From NCBI RefSeq assembly GCF_018350175.1, contig NC_058368.1, forward strand, positions 100,442,001 through 100,506,000: a DNA stretch of 64,000 nucleotides, written 5' to 3'. Below the pieces are notes generated by a model. The model had not been told where the DNA came from, searched no databases, and was given only the letters and a program-made list of their open reading frames with translations. Shown here piece after piece: positions 1-13,739 of this stretch; position 1 is the first letter of the stretch, and each line of letters begins with the position of its first letter. A program made the translations under genes and the position numbers. This DNA comes from Felis catus. Its lineage: Eukaryota.

Positions 1-269
1 GTCAAGTTTCTGGCGGGTTCAACAAAGGCTCTAGCCATGAGGCTTTTAAAGATGTGCCTCCTTACAAGCCATTGCCAGGCTCCAAGGTTGGATTGCTGAC
101 TGTGGGCAGTGACTTGAGTCCAAGTTAGGGTTCAGTGACTTATCACCCATATGGCGTACAGCCTCAACCTATTGTCAACAAAATGAAGAAGAAACTTGTT
201 CTGCCAATGTTACCAGGTGTTGTTAGGATTAGAGTTAGGTGAGGTATCTAAAGTTACTGTTTCTGTGCT

Positions 270-480
270 AGCTACTGTTGTAAGCCCTTTCCTCACATTA
301 GCTCTGTTAATCCTAAAGTCCCCATGGGTGGAGTACGTAGAATGCCAATGCTATAGGTGGGTAAACTGAGGCACAGCAGAGAAGTTAAATATCTTGCCTG
401 CAGTCACGTAGCAGTTAAGTTGCAGAGCTGGGATTCAAACAGCAGCAAGTGTACCTCTCGAGTGGGTTCTTTTTCCATCA
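270..480 (-). mobile_element. MIR SINE
   Basis: MIR core 'ggtaaactgaggcacag...gttaaatatcttgcctgcagtcac...gcagagctgggattcaaac'. Similar cores near 3240-3380, 26990-27190, 29670-29890 and 57390-57570, and in the opposite orientation near 32690-32920, 36040-36170 and 47220-47430. Confidence 0.75.
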
Positions 481-1399
481 CGTAGGCTTCCTCTCAAATA
501 GCTTGACTTAGTGGCATTAATTTAATTTTAAGATATTATCCTTTCAAAACTTTCAAAATCAGCATTTTTGCCTCGTAGACTGTGGTGAACTGCTCTTCTC
601 TGTTTAATAGCTATTCTTGCTTACTGAGGTAAGTGCATTAACCAAAGCCGTTAAAGATCATTTTTCCTGGGGCTGATTCACTCCACTTTCTCCAGGTCAC
701 GTGTCTTCCCACCTCTTGCACAATAGGTGATGTTGGATATTTCCGCTCTGGTTGAGAAGGAGGCCAGTTTCAAGTGTCAAAGCTTTTAGACTTCACCCAG
801 GGCAAAGACCCAGTGCTCAAGGTCCTCAGCAGTAATTAGACCTGACAGGAAATGGACGTATATGGGCAAGACTCAGGCCTTTTACTAGCATCCCATGTAG
901 GCCTCACTGGGAGGCTGCGAAACTACTTTCTACCAGAGCAAGAATGATCCTAGAGAAAGAACATATACAAAAATCCATCTATCTGTAGCATCACTGTAGA
1001 TAATCTGTGAGCTCCTTTGAAAGGAATCTCAACATAGTAAAGAGTTTTCACAGCTAGTTTTTGAAAGCATTGAGGCATTCTCAGTTCCAAGGGTATCCAG
1101 ATATGGAAGTACCACCTCCTTATACCCCTCCACTCTTGCTCATATCAACTACCCACGAGGATTTGGCACCAGGAGGCCTTGCACATGTCTACCTTTATGG
1201 TAATCTTTTCAAACAGACGGCAGTCGAAGGCACACTGGCCTCTGAAAAGAGTCCACCCCTTCTTTTGGATGGGGCAGCCTCTGGGGAGACTCTTCCCCAA
1301 ACCTCTCCTCGCTTAGAATACACTCCACCTGATCAAGGCTCTTTTGAAAACCATTTTTGCACAAACAAGTCCTTGACCAGGTGTTCTCGGACCCATTTG

Positions 1400-1935
1400 T
1401 CCTTTTTATTTATTCATTCAGCAAATAATTGAATACTTTTTGTCATTGACACTCAGGACATGGGAACAAGTAAGATGTAGACAAGGCCCCCGTTCTCACA
1501 ATGTTTACATTCCGGGGAGTGGCAAGAAGGCAAGCAAACGAATTAATACCAGATCATTTCACACAGTGGGAAGAGGGGATGAAGCAATGTGATAGAGTAA
1601 CTTGTAGGAGTTGGAGGAGGGCACTTGGTGGGGCAGGGGAGAGGGGAGGGTCTGGGAGTGTTAATAAAAGACCCGGCCAGAGGTAACCAGTGCAGATTGT
1701 TGAAGGCAGAGGAGCTATATAGCGAAGTCCCTATGCCAGGAATGAGCCTCGCATGTATGAGGAAGAAAAAGAAAACCAGAGTAGCTGCAGCAGGGTGATC
1801 GAAATGAAGATGAGGTCTGGGCGATGGTCAGAGTCAGACTCTGTAGGGCTCTATCGATTGATCACGTATGTGGACTTCGGCTTTATGCTAAGTGCTACGG
1901 AAAGCACCACCAGAAGGATTTCAGTTTTTTTAAAA
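1400..1935 (-). mobile_element. L2 LINE 3' fragment
   Basis: tttattcattcagcaaata L2 terminus followed by a purine-rich L2-like body. Confidence 0.65.
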
Positions 1936-3922
1936 TCTTGTGACCTGGAAAGAAGCCTCGGTGTGTAGAATTCTAACTCTCAACAGAAGGAACCCAAAAC
2001 CTATCTGGTCTGCTAGACCGCGCAAGTGAACATGCAGGTAATACAGTAAATGAGTAAAATGTGGACAGTTGATGAATATGGATAAAAGGCACACAGGTGT
2101 TCTTTGTACTGATTCTTTTTAACTTTCATAAATGTATTTACAAATGAGAAAAATTAATGGCTTACAAATAAAAAGTTTTTTAAAAGGCAAAAAACCAAAA
2201 TCATGTGGTCCAAAGCCCATTGTCGGGGATCCTCATTATCCTTCCTGCTCATTCGAATGACAGAGAGCTCACGGTCCCATGAGGCTACCCATCCATAAAG
2301 GCTCATTGTTTACTTTCAGCCCAAATAAGCATCCCTGAAATTCCATCCCTCAGTCCTGGTTCTTGTTTTGGATCCATGGAGAAGGGCCACCCCTCCTGGA
2401 CAAGGTGCCAAGGGTTTAGAGATGGCAGGCCCTCCGGGTCTTGTCTTCTCCAGGTTGAAGTTTCCCTCCAGAGTTTTAAGCGTGTCCTGCTCATTCTTGT
2501 TGTCTCGTGGATGACTGCAAATTACCAGCACCCTCCTTTAAATTGGAGCACCCTGAGGTGGCTCCACGTGTGGTCTGATGAGAGCCCGTCAGCCCCACGG
2601 TCAGCCTGCCAAGACTAACCACCCAACTCCCCTGCCTTCCCAAGTGAGCTGCAGAGACAACACACATGCCTGTCCTTTCTGCCTTTTCCTCTCAAGGAGC
2701 CGGAACATCAGAAGAGCCTGCTGGTGGCCTTGGAAGCCCTTCCATGAGACATACAGCCTAGAGCTCACCACCACCCCCCCCCCCTTCATCCCTAGACCCT
2801 GGGGCAGCCCCATGGTGGGCATTGAGAAAGGCAAATGGCAGAGTGTTGTCAGAGGCTTGGGGCGGCGTCCCACTCACTTCCACTAGCTCTCTGATGGGCG
2901 TGACCATGTCCTAGAGGTGCCCTTCTGTTAGCCGAGGGCTTCGATTCCTGTTGAAATCTACACTTTCCTCTGCCAGGAATAATATTTCAAACTATCTTCC
3001 ATCAGTTACACTGCACTGTGACTGAGCTTCAGATTTTTGCAAGAAAAGAAGTTTTGAAAAGCCGTGTGAAGGTACTGGCGGTCCCACAACAAGGTCAGAG
3101 GGAGGTGAAGTACTAGAAATTGCACCCTTCAGGACAGACTTGGCCTCTCTTTGGAGCTCCTTGGTGCTGTTGAGAGATCCAAGTTATTTCTTAGGTGTTC
3201 AGTGTCCCAGGTTCTCCATAAGCAGCTTATTTGTCCTCAGGATAATTCTCTGAGGGAAGACCATTATTATGCCCAATTTAATGGTGAGGAAACTGAGGCT
3301 CGTAGAGCATAAATAATTTTCCCAAAATTCTGGAGCTGGCAGGTGCCTTTGAAACCAGCTCTGACTCCAGAGCCCTATGGAGTTGAGTCAACTGAGCAGG
3401 AATTTTCATCCCAGGAGCCATGGGTGGCTACTGGTGTGAAACAAGGATTAGCAGCAAGGAAGTTATGTGTGAAAACTTGCACCTGGGAAATGAAGTTATT
3501 GGTGAAACATTTGCACGTATCCTCTGCTTAATCCCTGCTGCTCATGAAGGAAAAGAGGACAGCACAAGGCAGTGAGTGTTAACTCTGCTGTATGGTTTTC
3601 TCCAGATGATGAGTAATGTATGTCGACATATGGTGTTCAAATCAGACATACTCAGTTTCATTGACTTGGAGTTTTCTTTAACTGATTGGACATTCAAATG
3701 CACACAGGTTTCAATTCACGGTGCTTTCAGTGTCTTGTGATTCTTTCCAAATACGCATGTGCTAAGCCCATTGGATAATTTTCTCATGAAAGAAGGCAGA
3801 TAAATATTAATGCTGCTCTGCATCTGAGAACTGAGAATGCACCGAGGAGAGAAAACCCAGTTATGTAACAGTAATAAATGGCTCTGGGATGTGTTTGACA
3901 ACAGACTCTGAGAGAAAGTAAA

Positions 3923-3979
3923 ATTTTTTTATTGTTTTATTTTTGAGAGAGACAGACGGAGTGTAAGCGGGGGAGGGGC

Positions 3980-4014
<35 letters not shown>

Positions 4015-4159
4015 GAGAGAGAGAGACAGAATCTGAAGCAGGCTTCAGGCTCTGAGCTGTCAGCACAGAGCCCGACGTGGGGCTCGAACTCACAAACCGC
4101 GAGATCGTGACCTGAGCTGAAGTCTGGACGCTCAACCGACTGAGTCATCCAAGCGCCCC
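3923..4159 (-). mobile_element. Can-SINE (SINEC_Fc-type)
   Basis: tRNA-derived head, (CT)n tract and A-tail in reverse orientation. Confidence 0.9.
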
Positions 4160-4379
4160 AATTCTGAAAGAATTTTAAACCCTACATAACATGGACTACA
4201 ATTTACATTACAGGGAGCAAAGGAAAGCCTTTCTTTTTAAACTTCAAATCTGGTAGATACTTGGTAAAAGGCACTGTGGTGGTATATTTAAACGCATTGC
4301 ACATTTGCTATAGTTTTAGCCTCTCTGAGAGCAGATTTTGTGACAAATGCCGTACCTTAGAAAATTATTTGGTTCTCAT

Positions 4380-4818
4380 GACACCTGGGTGGCTCAGTAG
4401 GTTGAACATCCAACTCTTTATTCTGGCTCAGGTCATGATCCCAGGGTCCTGGGCTTGAGCCCTGCATTGGGCTCCACACTGAGCATGGAGCCTCTTACCA
4501 TTCTCTCTCTCCCTCCCCATCTGCCCCTCCCCTCAGCGTGTGCTCTCTTTCTCTCTCTATCTAAAATTAAAAAAAAAAAAAGGTGGGGGGAACGCCTGGG
4601 TGGCTTAGTCGATTAAGCGTCTGACTTCTGCCTAGGTCACTATCTCACGATTCGTGAGTTCGAACCCTGCATCTGGCTCTGTGCTGACAGCTCAGAGCCT
4701 GGAGCCCGCTTCGGATTCTGTGTCTCCCTCTCTGTCTGCCCCTCCCCTGCTCATGCTCTGTCTCTCTCTGTCTCTCAAAAATAAATAAATATTAAAAAAA
4801 ACAAATAAATAAAATAAG
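4380..4818 (+). mobile_element. Two tandem Can-SINEs
   Basis: Two cctgggtggct heads (about 4383 and 4595), each followed by a CT tract and A-tail. Confidence 0.9.
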
Positions 4819-5296
4819 AAAATATGTGGTTTTTAAAGATTTTCAAGGATTTCAGCCAGCAGCAAAAAGAGTAAGTTGACATGAAATTTATCCCCCTGAC
4901 CCTTCTGTAATGTAGCTGATGGTGCTAAATATATAACCCCTCTATCTTCAATTTATTAAGGTTTAATGCTAAAAGCTTGTAAGTGAAGGTTGGTGGGGCA
5001 GTTTAAATTGGAAGGCCTGCTGATGACCGTATCTCATATGATATAATGCAAAATGGACTCCACAGAAGAGAGAAACACATTTTCTAAGACCTCAGTTAAG
5101 AAAACGAACACTTCAATATGGCAAAGAATCTAACAACTATGACAAAAATCTCAGTTATCTAACCACAGTAAAAATGTGCAAACAATAAAACATCTAGATG
5201 AGAATGTTAGTCAAGTGAAACAATGATTTTTATTTTTCTTTACCAAAACTACACTTATAAAGGTGATATAATCCATTATGAAAAATGGAAGATAGG

Positions 5297-5502
5297 GGGG
5301 TGCCTGAGTGGCTCAGTTGGTTGAGCGTCCAACCCTTGATTTCAGCTCAAGGCATAATCCCAGGGTCTTGGGATCAAGCCCCAGGTCGGGCTCTGTGCTG
5401 ATAGTGCAGGCCTGTTTGGGATTCTCTCTCCCCCTCTGCCCCTCCCCCCAGCTGTGCTTGCTTTCTCTCTCTTTCTCTAAAAAGATAAAAAAAAAAAAAA
5501 AA
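5297..5502 (+). mobile_element. Can-SINE
   Basis: Head, CT tract, A-tail; TSD-like aaaatggaag/aaagtggaag. Confidence 0.9.
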
Positions 5503-6029
5503 GTGGAAGGTAAAAACTACAACTAATCCTGCCACCAAAACAAAATGTCACTCTACATTTGTTTCTAGCCTTTCTTTTCCTGAGGCCTTGTTTTTGTACG
5601 GTTGTAATCATAATGCAGGGAAATTTTTAGCTGCTGCTTTTTCCTCCTGCTACAGAATGGGCACGGCCATCGTTCTGAATAAAGCCCGAAACTTACCCAT
5701 GAAAGTAGACCTGCCTCCCCATCCAGAGGGAGAGACCACCTCTGCCTTTAATCTGTTAACACTTAGCTTATGTTTCTGAGAGGAAGGGTGTAAGTCAGCG
5801 CGGGGAAAGATAGGAGCAGGGGGATGATGGAAAAGTTCAAAGTAAACCTCTGGTCATGTTGCAAATAACGAGTCGGGGCTAGAAGGAGCAGAGCTTAAAT
5901 ACATCACACACTTGCCCCGTCCTCTCTTTCCATGAACGTTTCTTATGTTTGCTTAGCCAGAGCTACAAATACCACAGCTCCCTAATTTTCTACATTTGAC
6001 TAGCATTGTAGAATTAAGAAATGAGACCG

Positions 6030-6230
6030 AGGCGCCTGGGTGGCTCAGTCAGTTAAGCGTCCGACTCTTGATTTCGGCTCAGGTCATGATCTCATGGTTC
6101 ATGCTTTCGAGCCCCGTGTCAGCCCAGAGCCTGCTTGGGATCCTGCCTCTTCCTCTCACTCTCTGCCCCTCTCCCATTTGTGGGACTCTCTCTCTGAAAA
6201 TAAATAAACTTAAAAAAGAAGAAAAGAAAG
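6030..6230 (+). mobile_element. Can-SINE
   Basis: ggcgcctgggtggctcagtcagttaagcgtccgactcttg head and A-rich tail. Confidence 0.9.
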
Positions 6231-6734
6231 AAAGACAATGTTAAATGGAAGGAAAACTTCGGGGAAGGGGTCTCCTCTCTCGTATTTTGGTTTATTTTTT
6301 ATTGAACTCTAAGAAACGTATCCCCCACCCACTACATTGATAAAGAAATCTTGGTAGAAGTGAGTTCACGGAAGTCTGTGGGAAGGAAGGATGAAACTTT
6401 GGAAGCAGGGAGATAAGCATCCTTTAGGCGGGAAGGGAAAGAAGAAACTAAGAGATAAGGAAGAAGCGATACAGAAGCCTCCAGAGTGCCTTGTACCTTG
6501 TGCGGCCTCCACAGTTCCATCCTGTCATAAGGGAGAGTGAGCGGTTTCCCTGTCCCGTCTTCCCAATCCAAGGCACAAGTGTGAGCATGTGCAATGGGGT
6601 TGGGGAGGGGTGTGGAGAATACCACTTTCAGGGCTTCATGGCACCTCGGAGAGCTGCCTACTTCTTGCCGAAAACATCCTTTTTGTCTCCCGAAACTAAA
6701 CATGCTCCGTCTTGCCATTTAAAATGAGCCCTTT

Positions 6735-7165
6735 GGGGGTTTCTACGTGGCTCAGTCGGTTGAGAGTCCAACTTCAGCTCAGGTCATGATCTCATGGTTT
6801 GTGGGTTTGAGCCCCGCAGTGGGCTTTGTGCTGACAGCTCAGAGTCTGCTTTGGATTCTCTGTCTCCCTCTCTGTCTGCCCCTCCCCTGCTCGCGCTCTC
6901 TCTCAAAAATAAATAAACATTAAAAATTTTTAGGGGCACCTAGGCAGTTCACTGGGTTAAGCGTTCGACTTCAGTTCAGTTCAGGATCTCATGGTTCATG
7001 AGGTTGAGCCCCATGTCGGGCTCTGTGTTGCCAGCTCAGAGCCTGAAGCCTGCGTCAGATTCTGGGTCTCTCTGTCTCTCTCTGCCCCTCCCCCGCTTGT
7101 GCTCTGTCAAGCTGTCTCTCTCTCAAAAAATGAATAAGCATTTTTAAAATGTATATATTTTTAAT
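6735..7165 (+). mobile_element. Two tandem Can-SINEs
   Basis: Heads at about 6735 and 6933; outer TSD-like tttaaaatgagcc/tttaaatgagcc. Confidence 0.88.
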
Positions 7166-7454
7166 TTTAAATGAGCCTTCTTTATTCACATACCTCCTTT
7201 GTGCTGACTCTTCCCCTAAAAAAAAAAAAAAAAGGTCATAAAAGAAACTCAAGTCATAGACACAGAATCCTAGAGTCTCATAGTTGAAGGGTCCTCAGAG
7301 GAGTCAAGTGTCACCTGCAAAAGTCCAACCCTTCTGGGGCATCTCACAGTGTGGCCCAGGGCCAGGACCAGCGCCCATCGGCATGACCTACAAGCTTGAT
7401 AGAAAGGCAGGCTCTCGGACCTTACCTCAGACTCTTGAATCAGGATCTGCATTT

Positions 7455-7675
7455 TTAAAAAATGTTTACTTATTTATTTATTTATTTATTTTGAGAGCAC
7501 GAGATAGAGCAGAGAATGGGCAGAGAGAGAGGAAGAGAGAAAGAGAATCCCAAGGAGGTTCTGTGCTGTGAGCACAGAGCCCGACGCGGGGCTCGAACCC
7601 AGTAGTGGTGAGATCATGACCTGAGACGAAGTCCCACAAGAAGTGAGGTCATGACCTGAACCACCCAGGCACCCC
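7455..7675 (-). mobile_element. Can-SINE, following a MER5A-like remnant at about 7335-7455
   Basis: Reverse SINE structure ending ...ccacccaggcacccc. Confidence 0.85.
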
Positions 7676-10600
7676 TAAAAATTTTTTTTTAATATATAAT
7701 TTTGAGAAATTCTTAAAATACACATAAGGGTTGTTTTTCTCCCCATTGTTGACCATAGTGCTTGTGAAGTGCATGGCAAACTGCGCCAGAAGACAGAACG
7801 CAGTAGCCCTGCCGTTCATTTACCCCGGGAAGAGCAACAGTGTGTGCTTTGCTTAGTTTCGCTCCACCTGTCTGTTCCGAGGGCCATGAACTAAAACCTG
7901 TGGCCCAGGTGGGAGCTCTTGAGAACAGACCCCCGCCCCCCCCCAACCAGGCGGGCTGTGGAGAGAAAGAGTATGCTGCAGGCCAGCACTGGGCCTTCCT
8001 CCCATTTCCCCTACCCCCTCCAGACCTTAAACAGTGTCCTTTTCAAAATGGGGCCCGATTTCACAGACTCCCCGCTTGGCTTCTCAGGGAAGATAGAATC
8101 CATTCCACTTTTAGCCAGAAAACAGTAGGGAATACCCTTATGCCCTGAAGACATAACCCCTTCTCTTTCTCTTTTTGGATCTAAAGCTATATTTCTAAGG
8201 TAAGTACCTAGCTCCATTTTTAGAAATAAAATAATCGGGCATTTGGGGAGTCATCAGTTGGGGCTGGGAAGTAGGGGGTAGCGAGCGTACGGATTTTCCA
8301 GCCACCACCCCTCCTCCATCTGCCTCCTCTTTCTCTGGAAAGAAAGCTCGCAGGAACCTGGTGTTCTTTGTCTTTGACTATAGATCAGCACTGTAAAACA
8401 TCGCCACCTTCAGTTAAAACTGGTGTGTGTCTGCACTTTGCAAAACCACACTGAGCTTCCTAACACTTTCCAGATACCACCCAGAGTAAGCTCTCCCTGG
8501 TTTCAGTGCTTCTTTGCTGGGTGAGCCTCTCCACTGCCTCCTGAAAATGCATGTCTCTCTCTCCAATTCAGCACAGGAAGGGAGGGAAAGAAAGAAAGGA
8601 GCCTGGAAGACGGACCTGGAGTGAATGCAAGACTTAATGCACTCACGAGGTTTTGCTAATGGCAAAGTGAAGGTCAGCATACTTTTTACATGACAGAATA
8701 ACTCTGAAACCATGTACTTTCTTCAGACCCACCAACTCCTGTTCTGAAACATAAACTGTACTTTTGAAGCTCAAAGTTTTAAACTTGTCAAAATATTGAG
8801 TGATTTCCTGATAGAACGTGCCTCTTTGGTGAAGCGACTTTCCTACCTAGTGTAGTAAGGGCTTGAGTATTAAATGAGTTTTCACAGAACAAAGGGATGG
8901 GTAGAGATAGGGCACAAATTTATAGGAGCAAGTCTTCACAGTCCTGGGAAGAGCTGGAAATAATGAAACATGAAACTGACCCTTTCAAGAGCTACCTGAT
9001 ACCAACAGCCACTTGAAGTCGGAACTTTAGAAGCAAATCAGTGAATCTTTTCCAATAGTATTTTAATGTCTTAATGTGAATAAATCTTTCGTTGATATTT
9101 TTATAATAAGGACATGCTCAGTATTTCCCCTTCAGACTCACAATACCCTCAATAAAGGGCTTATGGCATCAATGAAAGCGATGAACAAGCAACTCCATGG
9201 GAACATTTCAGAAACATGCATTCCTCACACGTGTGCCCCCCAATGTAAATGGCCCTACACACTTCTCCAAATCCAGAGTTAATGCCACCCTTGTTCTGGA
9301 TCAGGTTACAGTCTAGTCTCCGAGGATGGTGTGGGGAGGAGTACCCAGCAAGATTGTCCACCCTCAAGATTCCAGACCCCATCTTCCTCTCGTTGTGAGA
9401 TGGCATAAGTCACCTGTCACCCCTCCTTACAGAGTGTCAGGTGTTGGCAATAAGCAGGCCCACAGCAGACTTCAGTTTACTGTGGGTTAAGGGAACTCTT
9501 GACTCTAATATTGACACCTCCAGTCTTTCAAAATGTCCCTCCCTTAAGTGTAAAAATAGAAGGAAGTGGAATGTTGGAGAACTTAGCAGCTATGTCCGTG
9601 AAGGTCCTCAGGCTTCCGGTAGCTATAGATGTAAAGCACACTGTTAGGCACATTTTATGGCACTTATGAGTAAAGCTGACCATTGTGTTTTTCATGGAAG
9701 ATAGAATTTATTTAACTTTTAACAGTGAATAATAGGGGAACACTATTTCATCCTGAGCATTTCTTTCTCCTCTTGATGTCCAAAGCCAATTTTCTAAGAT
9801 AGACACATAACTCCATATTTAGAAGAAAAATAAATGGGCAGCTGGGGAGCCAGCATTGACGTTCAGCCTTGAAAATTGAATCCACTGTTGCAATAGCAAA
9901 CTGTACATTATCTTCCTAAGAAAATACTAATTTATCAGTCCCAAGGGCCAAAGAGTTGTTCTGTGTCAGCAATCAGCTTAGCCTCATAATTATAAATTTG
10001 TAAGGATCTGTTGAAAGACACGGATCCAGAAGAATTATAGTGTTTCATAGTGAGTCACTTAGAATAGAGAGCCCTGTTATTTGTAGACATTCCATATAGT
10101 CACAGAAATTTAGAGATGGATCCGGTCTTAGCAATCATATAGTCTAACCCTTTTATTTTACACATGAAGAAATCAGGCCTTGGAACTTATTGTAGGAAAT
10201 ATATAAAAAGATATCCATATGCCGCACATCTTCTAAATGTCTATCTTCAATACATCACTAACACCGCCTTTGGGATGTTCATCATGGTGTTCCCAAAATA
10301 TGGCGAGATGGACTCATTGCTACAAGACTCTGATTTATATACTATACTTTGCACCTTTGGTCTGGCATATTCCTTTCTTCCTTTTCTCCCTCCCCCCTCC
10401 ATTTATTCATTCATTCACTAAGAGAGAGGCCCCTGAGCCCTATTATCTGTGAGATGCTGTGCTAGACAGATGGCCAGTTATAAACACAAGGAAGCTCATG
10501 AGCAATCTGTGCCTTAGAGGAACTTGTCGAGACAGACGGTGAGACTGATGAATGGGTGAGTAGTTGCAAAAGAGCTTCATAAATACCCAACTCTAGGCGT

Positions 10601-10897
10601 GGGCAAGTGTATCTCAGGGTGTTGAGAAGCAAGGGGCAAGAGTTTCCTGTGAGAGTCTGAGGAAGTGCACCGTGGACGTAAGCCTTGAGGGGAATCTTGT
10701 CAGAGGAGCCTTGTCTCAGGCAGAGAAAGCAGTGAGGGCTTTGCTGGAGAGGGGGAACTTGCCCGAAGGCAGGAGCACTGAAGGAGGAACATGGTGTATC
10801 CAGAAACAGGGAGTTTAGCAATGACAGTGCAGGAGGAATTGTGTGATGTGGGAAGATGAGTGTTTAGATGAGACGATAAATTAGAAAATAAACACAG

Positions 10898-11091
10898 AGG
10901 CACCTGGGTGGCTTAGCTGGATGACTTCAGCTCATGAAGTCATGATCTCAGGGTTCGTGAGTTCAAGCCCCACATCAGGCTCTCTGTTGTCAGCACAGAG
11001 CCCACTTCAGATCCTCTGTCCCCATCCCTCTCTGTGCCTCCCCTGCTCATGGTCTCTCTCTCTCTCTCTCAAAAATAAACATTAAAAAAAT
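10898..11091 (+). mobile_element. Can-SINE abutting the Tigger1 left end
   Basis: Head ggcacctgggtggcttagc; the A-tail runs into the Tigger1 TIR. Confidence 0.9.
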
Positions 11092-11101
11092 AAAATAAAT
11101 A

Positions 11102-13739
11102 TAGGCATACCTCCTTTTATTGTGCTTCCTTTTTATTGAGCTTGTCAAATATTTTGTTGTGTTTTTCAAGTTGAAGGTCTGTGGTGGTGCTGTGTCGAGC
11201 ACGTCTCTCTGGGCCATTTTTCCAACAGCGTTTGTTCGATTCATATCCATGTCACATTTTGGTAATTCTCACAGTTTTTCAGTTTTTTTCATTCTTATTA
11301 TGTTCGTTATGTTATCTATCATCAGTGATCTTTGATGTTACTCTTGCGTTTGTTTTTGGAGCGCCACACTCCATGGCCGTAGCAGATGGTAAAGCTAACT
11401 GATAAATGTGGTGAGTGTTCTGACTGGTGCACCGACCAGCCATTTTCCCATCTCTCTCCCTGTCCTTGGGCCTCCCTATTCCCTGAGACATTCCAGTTTC
11501 AGAATTTGGCCAATTAAGAATACTACAAGGACCTCAAAGTGTTCACATGAAAGGAAGAGTTGCATGTCTCCACTTCAAATCAAAGCTAGAAATGATTATG
11601 ACTTCACTCATCTGTGGAATTTAAGGTACAAAACAGATGAACAAAAGGGGAGGGAAGCAAAAATAATATGAAAACAGGGAGGGGGACAAAATGATAAGAG
11701 ACACTTAAATACAGAGAACAAACTGAGGACTGGTGGGGTGGGGGTAGGGGGCAGGGAAAATGGGTGATGGGCTTTAAGGAAGACACTTGTTGGGATGAGC
11801 ACTGGTGTTATACTCAGGGAATGAATCACTGGGATCTATTCCTGAAGTCATTATTGCACTAGATGCTAACTAACTTGGATGTAAATAAAAAATAAAAAAG
11901 CTAGAAATGATTAAGTTTGTTGGGAGAGGCATGATCAAAAGCCAGGATAGGCTAAAAGCTAGGCCTCTTGCTGCACCAAAAGGCAGTCAGTCATGAAGGC
12001 AAGTACAAATTGTTGAAGGAAATATAAAGTGCTTCTCCAGTGAACACACGAAAGATTCGAAAGCAACACAGCCTTATTGCTGATATGGAGAGAGTTTTAA
12101 TGGTCCCTTCAGAACATCTCCTTAAGCCAAAGCCTCATCCGGAGCAAGGCTCTAACTCTCTTCAATATGTGAGGGCCAGGAGAGGTGAGGAAATTGCAGA
12201 AGAAAAGTTTGAAGCTGGCAGACATTGGTGCATGAAGTTTAAGGTAAGAAGCTTTCTGTCCCATAGAAGTGCAAGGGGGGACGGCACATGCTTAGATAGA
12301 GGCTGTAACAAGTTATCCAGAAGATCTAGCTGGGATCATTCATGAAGGCGGCTACACTAAGCAACAGATTTTCAGTGTAGATGAAACAGCCCTCTAGGGG
12401 AAGAAGAGGTCATCTAGGACTTTTCATAGCTAAAAAGAAGTCAGTGCCTGGCTTGAAGGGACAGGTGACTCTTTTATTAGGGGCTAACATAGCTGGTAAC
12501 TTTAAGTTGAAGCCACTGCTCATTTGCCATTCTGAAAACCCTAGGGCTCTTAAGAATTCTGCTACATCTACCCACCTTGTGCTCTGCAAATGAAACAACA
12601 CAACCTGAATAACAGCACATCTGTTTACAGAATGAGTTGCTGAATATTATAAGCCCACTGCTGAGACCTACTGCTCAGAAAAAAAGATTTCTTTGAAAAT
12701 ATGACTGCTCGTGGACAATGCACCTGGTCACCTAAGAGCTCTGATGGAGGAGTACAATGACCTGAATGTTGCTTTCTTGCCTGCTAATACAACATTCCTT
12801 CTGCGGCCGGTGGATCAAGGAGTCATTTCAACTTTCAAGTCTTGTTATTGAAAAAATATATTTTGTAAGGCAATAGCTGTGATAGATAGTGATTCTTTTG
12901 ATGGCTCTGCGCAACGTAAATTGAAAACCTTCTGGAAAGGATTCACCAGCCTCGACGCCATTAAGAACATATGTGGTTCATGGGAGCCGGTCAAAATATC
13001 AACATTAACAGGAGTCTGAAGACATTGATTTCCACCCTCATGGACGACTGTCAGGGTTTCTAGACTTCAGTGGACGAAGTCACCGCAGATATGGTGGAAA
13101 CAGCAAGAGAATTAGCATTAGAAGTGGAGCCTAAAGATGGGACTAAATTGCTGCAAATCTCACGATAAAACTTGAATGGATGGAGGAGCAGAGAAAGTGG
13201 TTTCTTGAGATTGAATGTACTCCTGGGGAAGATGCCGTGAAGATTATTCAGTTACAACAAAGGAACTAGAACATGACTTGCGCTTAGTTGATCAAACAGT
13301 GGTAGGCTTTGAGAGGATTGTGTCCAATTGTGAGAGAAATTCGGCCGTTCTGCAAATGGTTTCAAACGGCATCACGTGCTACAGAGAAGCCATTAGTGAA
13401 TCTATCAATGTGACAAACTTCACTGTGGTCTTACTTTAAGAGAGTGCCAGAGCTTCCCCCAGTCTGATCAGTCAACAGCCATCAACATCAAAGCAAGAGC
13501 CTCCTCTAGCAAAAAGATGGTAACTGGTGCTTTGCAGCAATAAAGTATTTTTAGTTAAGGTCTATATACTGTTTTTTGGGCATAATGCAGTTACACAATT
13601 AATAGACTACAGTATAGTGTGGATGTAACTATTATATGCACTGGGGAACCAAAAGATTCACTTGACTTGCTTTATTGAAATATTCCCTTTATTGTAGTGG
13701 TCTGGAACCAAACCCACAAAATCTCTGACGTTATGTCTG
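11102..13739 (+). mobile_element. Near full-length Tigger1 DNA transposon (TcMar-Tigger/pogo) with decayed transposase
   Basis: Degenerate TIRs (t)AGGCATACCTC... and ...GACGTTATGTCTG. Transposase remnants such as [66 protein letters not shown] and LLVDNAPGH, broken by stops and frameshifts. Confidence 0.93.
11599..11896 (+). mobile_element. 5'-truncated carnivore L1 3'UTR fragment inserted in Tigger1
   Basis: Carnivore L1 3'UTR-like sequence with A-rich tail; perfect 17-bp TSD AAAGCTAGAAATGATTA at 11582-11598 and 11897-11913. Confidence 0.88.

Noticed and set aside
12040..13439. Transposase-like ORF fragments as a functional or domesticated TIGD-like gene
   Set aside because: Multiple stops, frameshifts, deletions and an L1 insertion; this is a decayed Tigger1.
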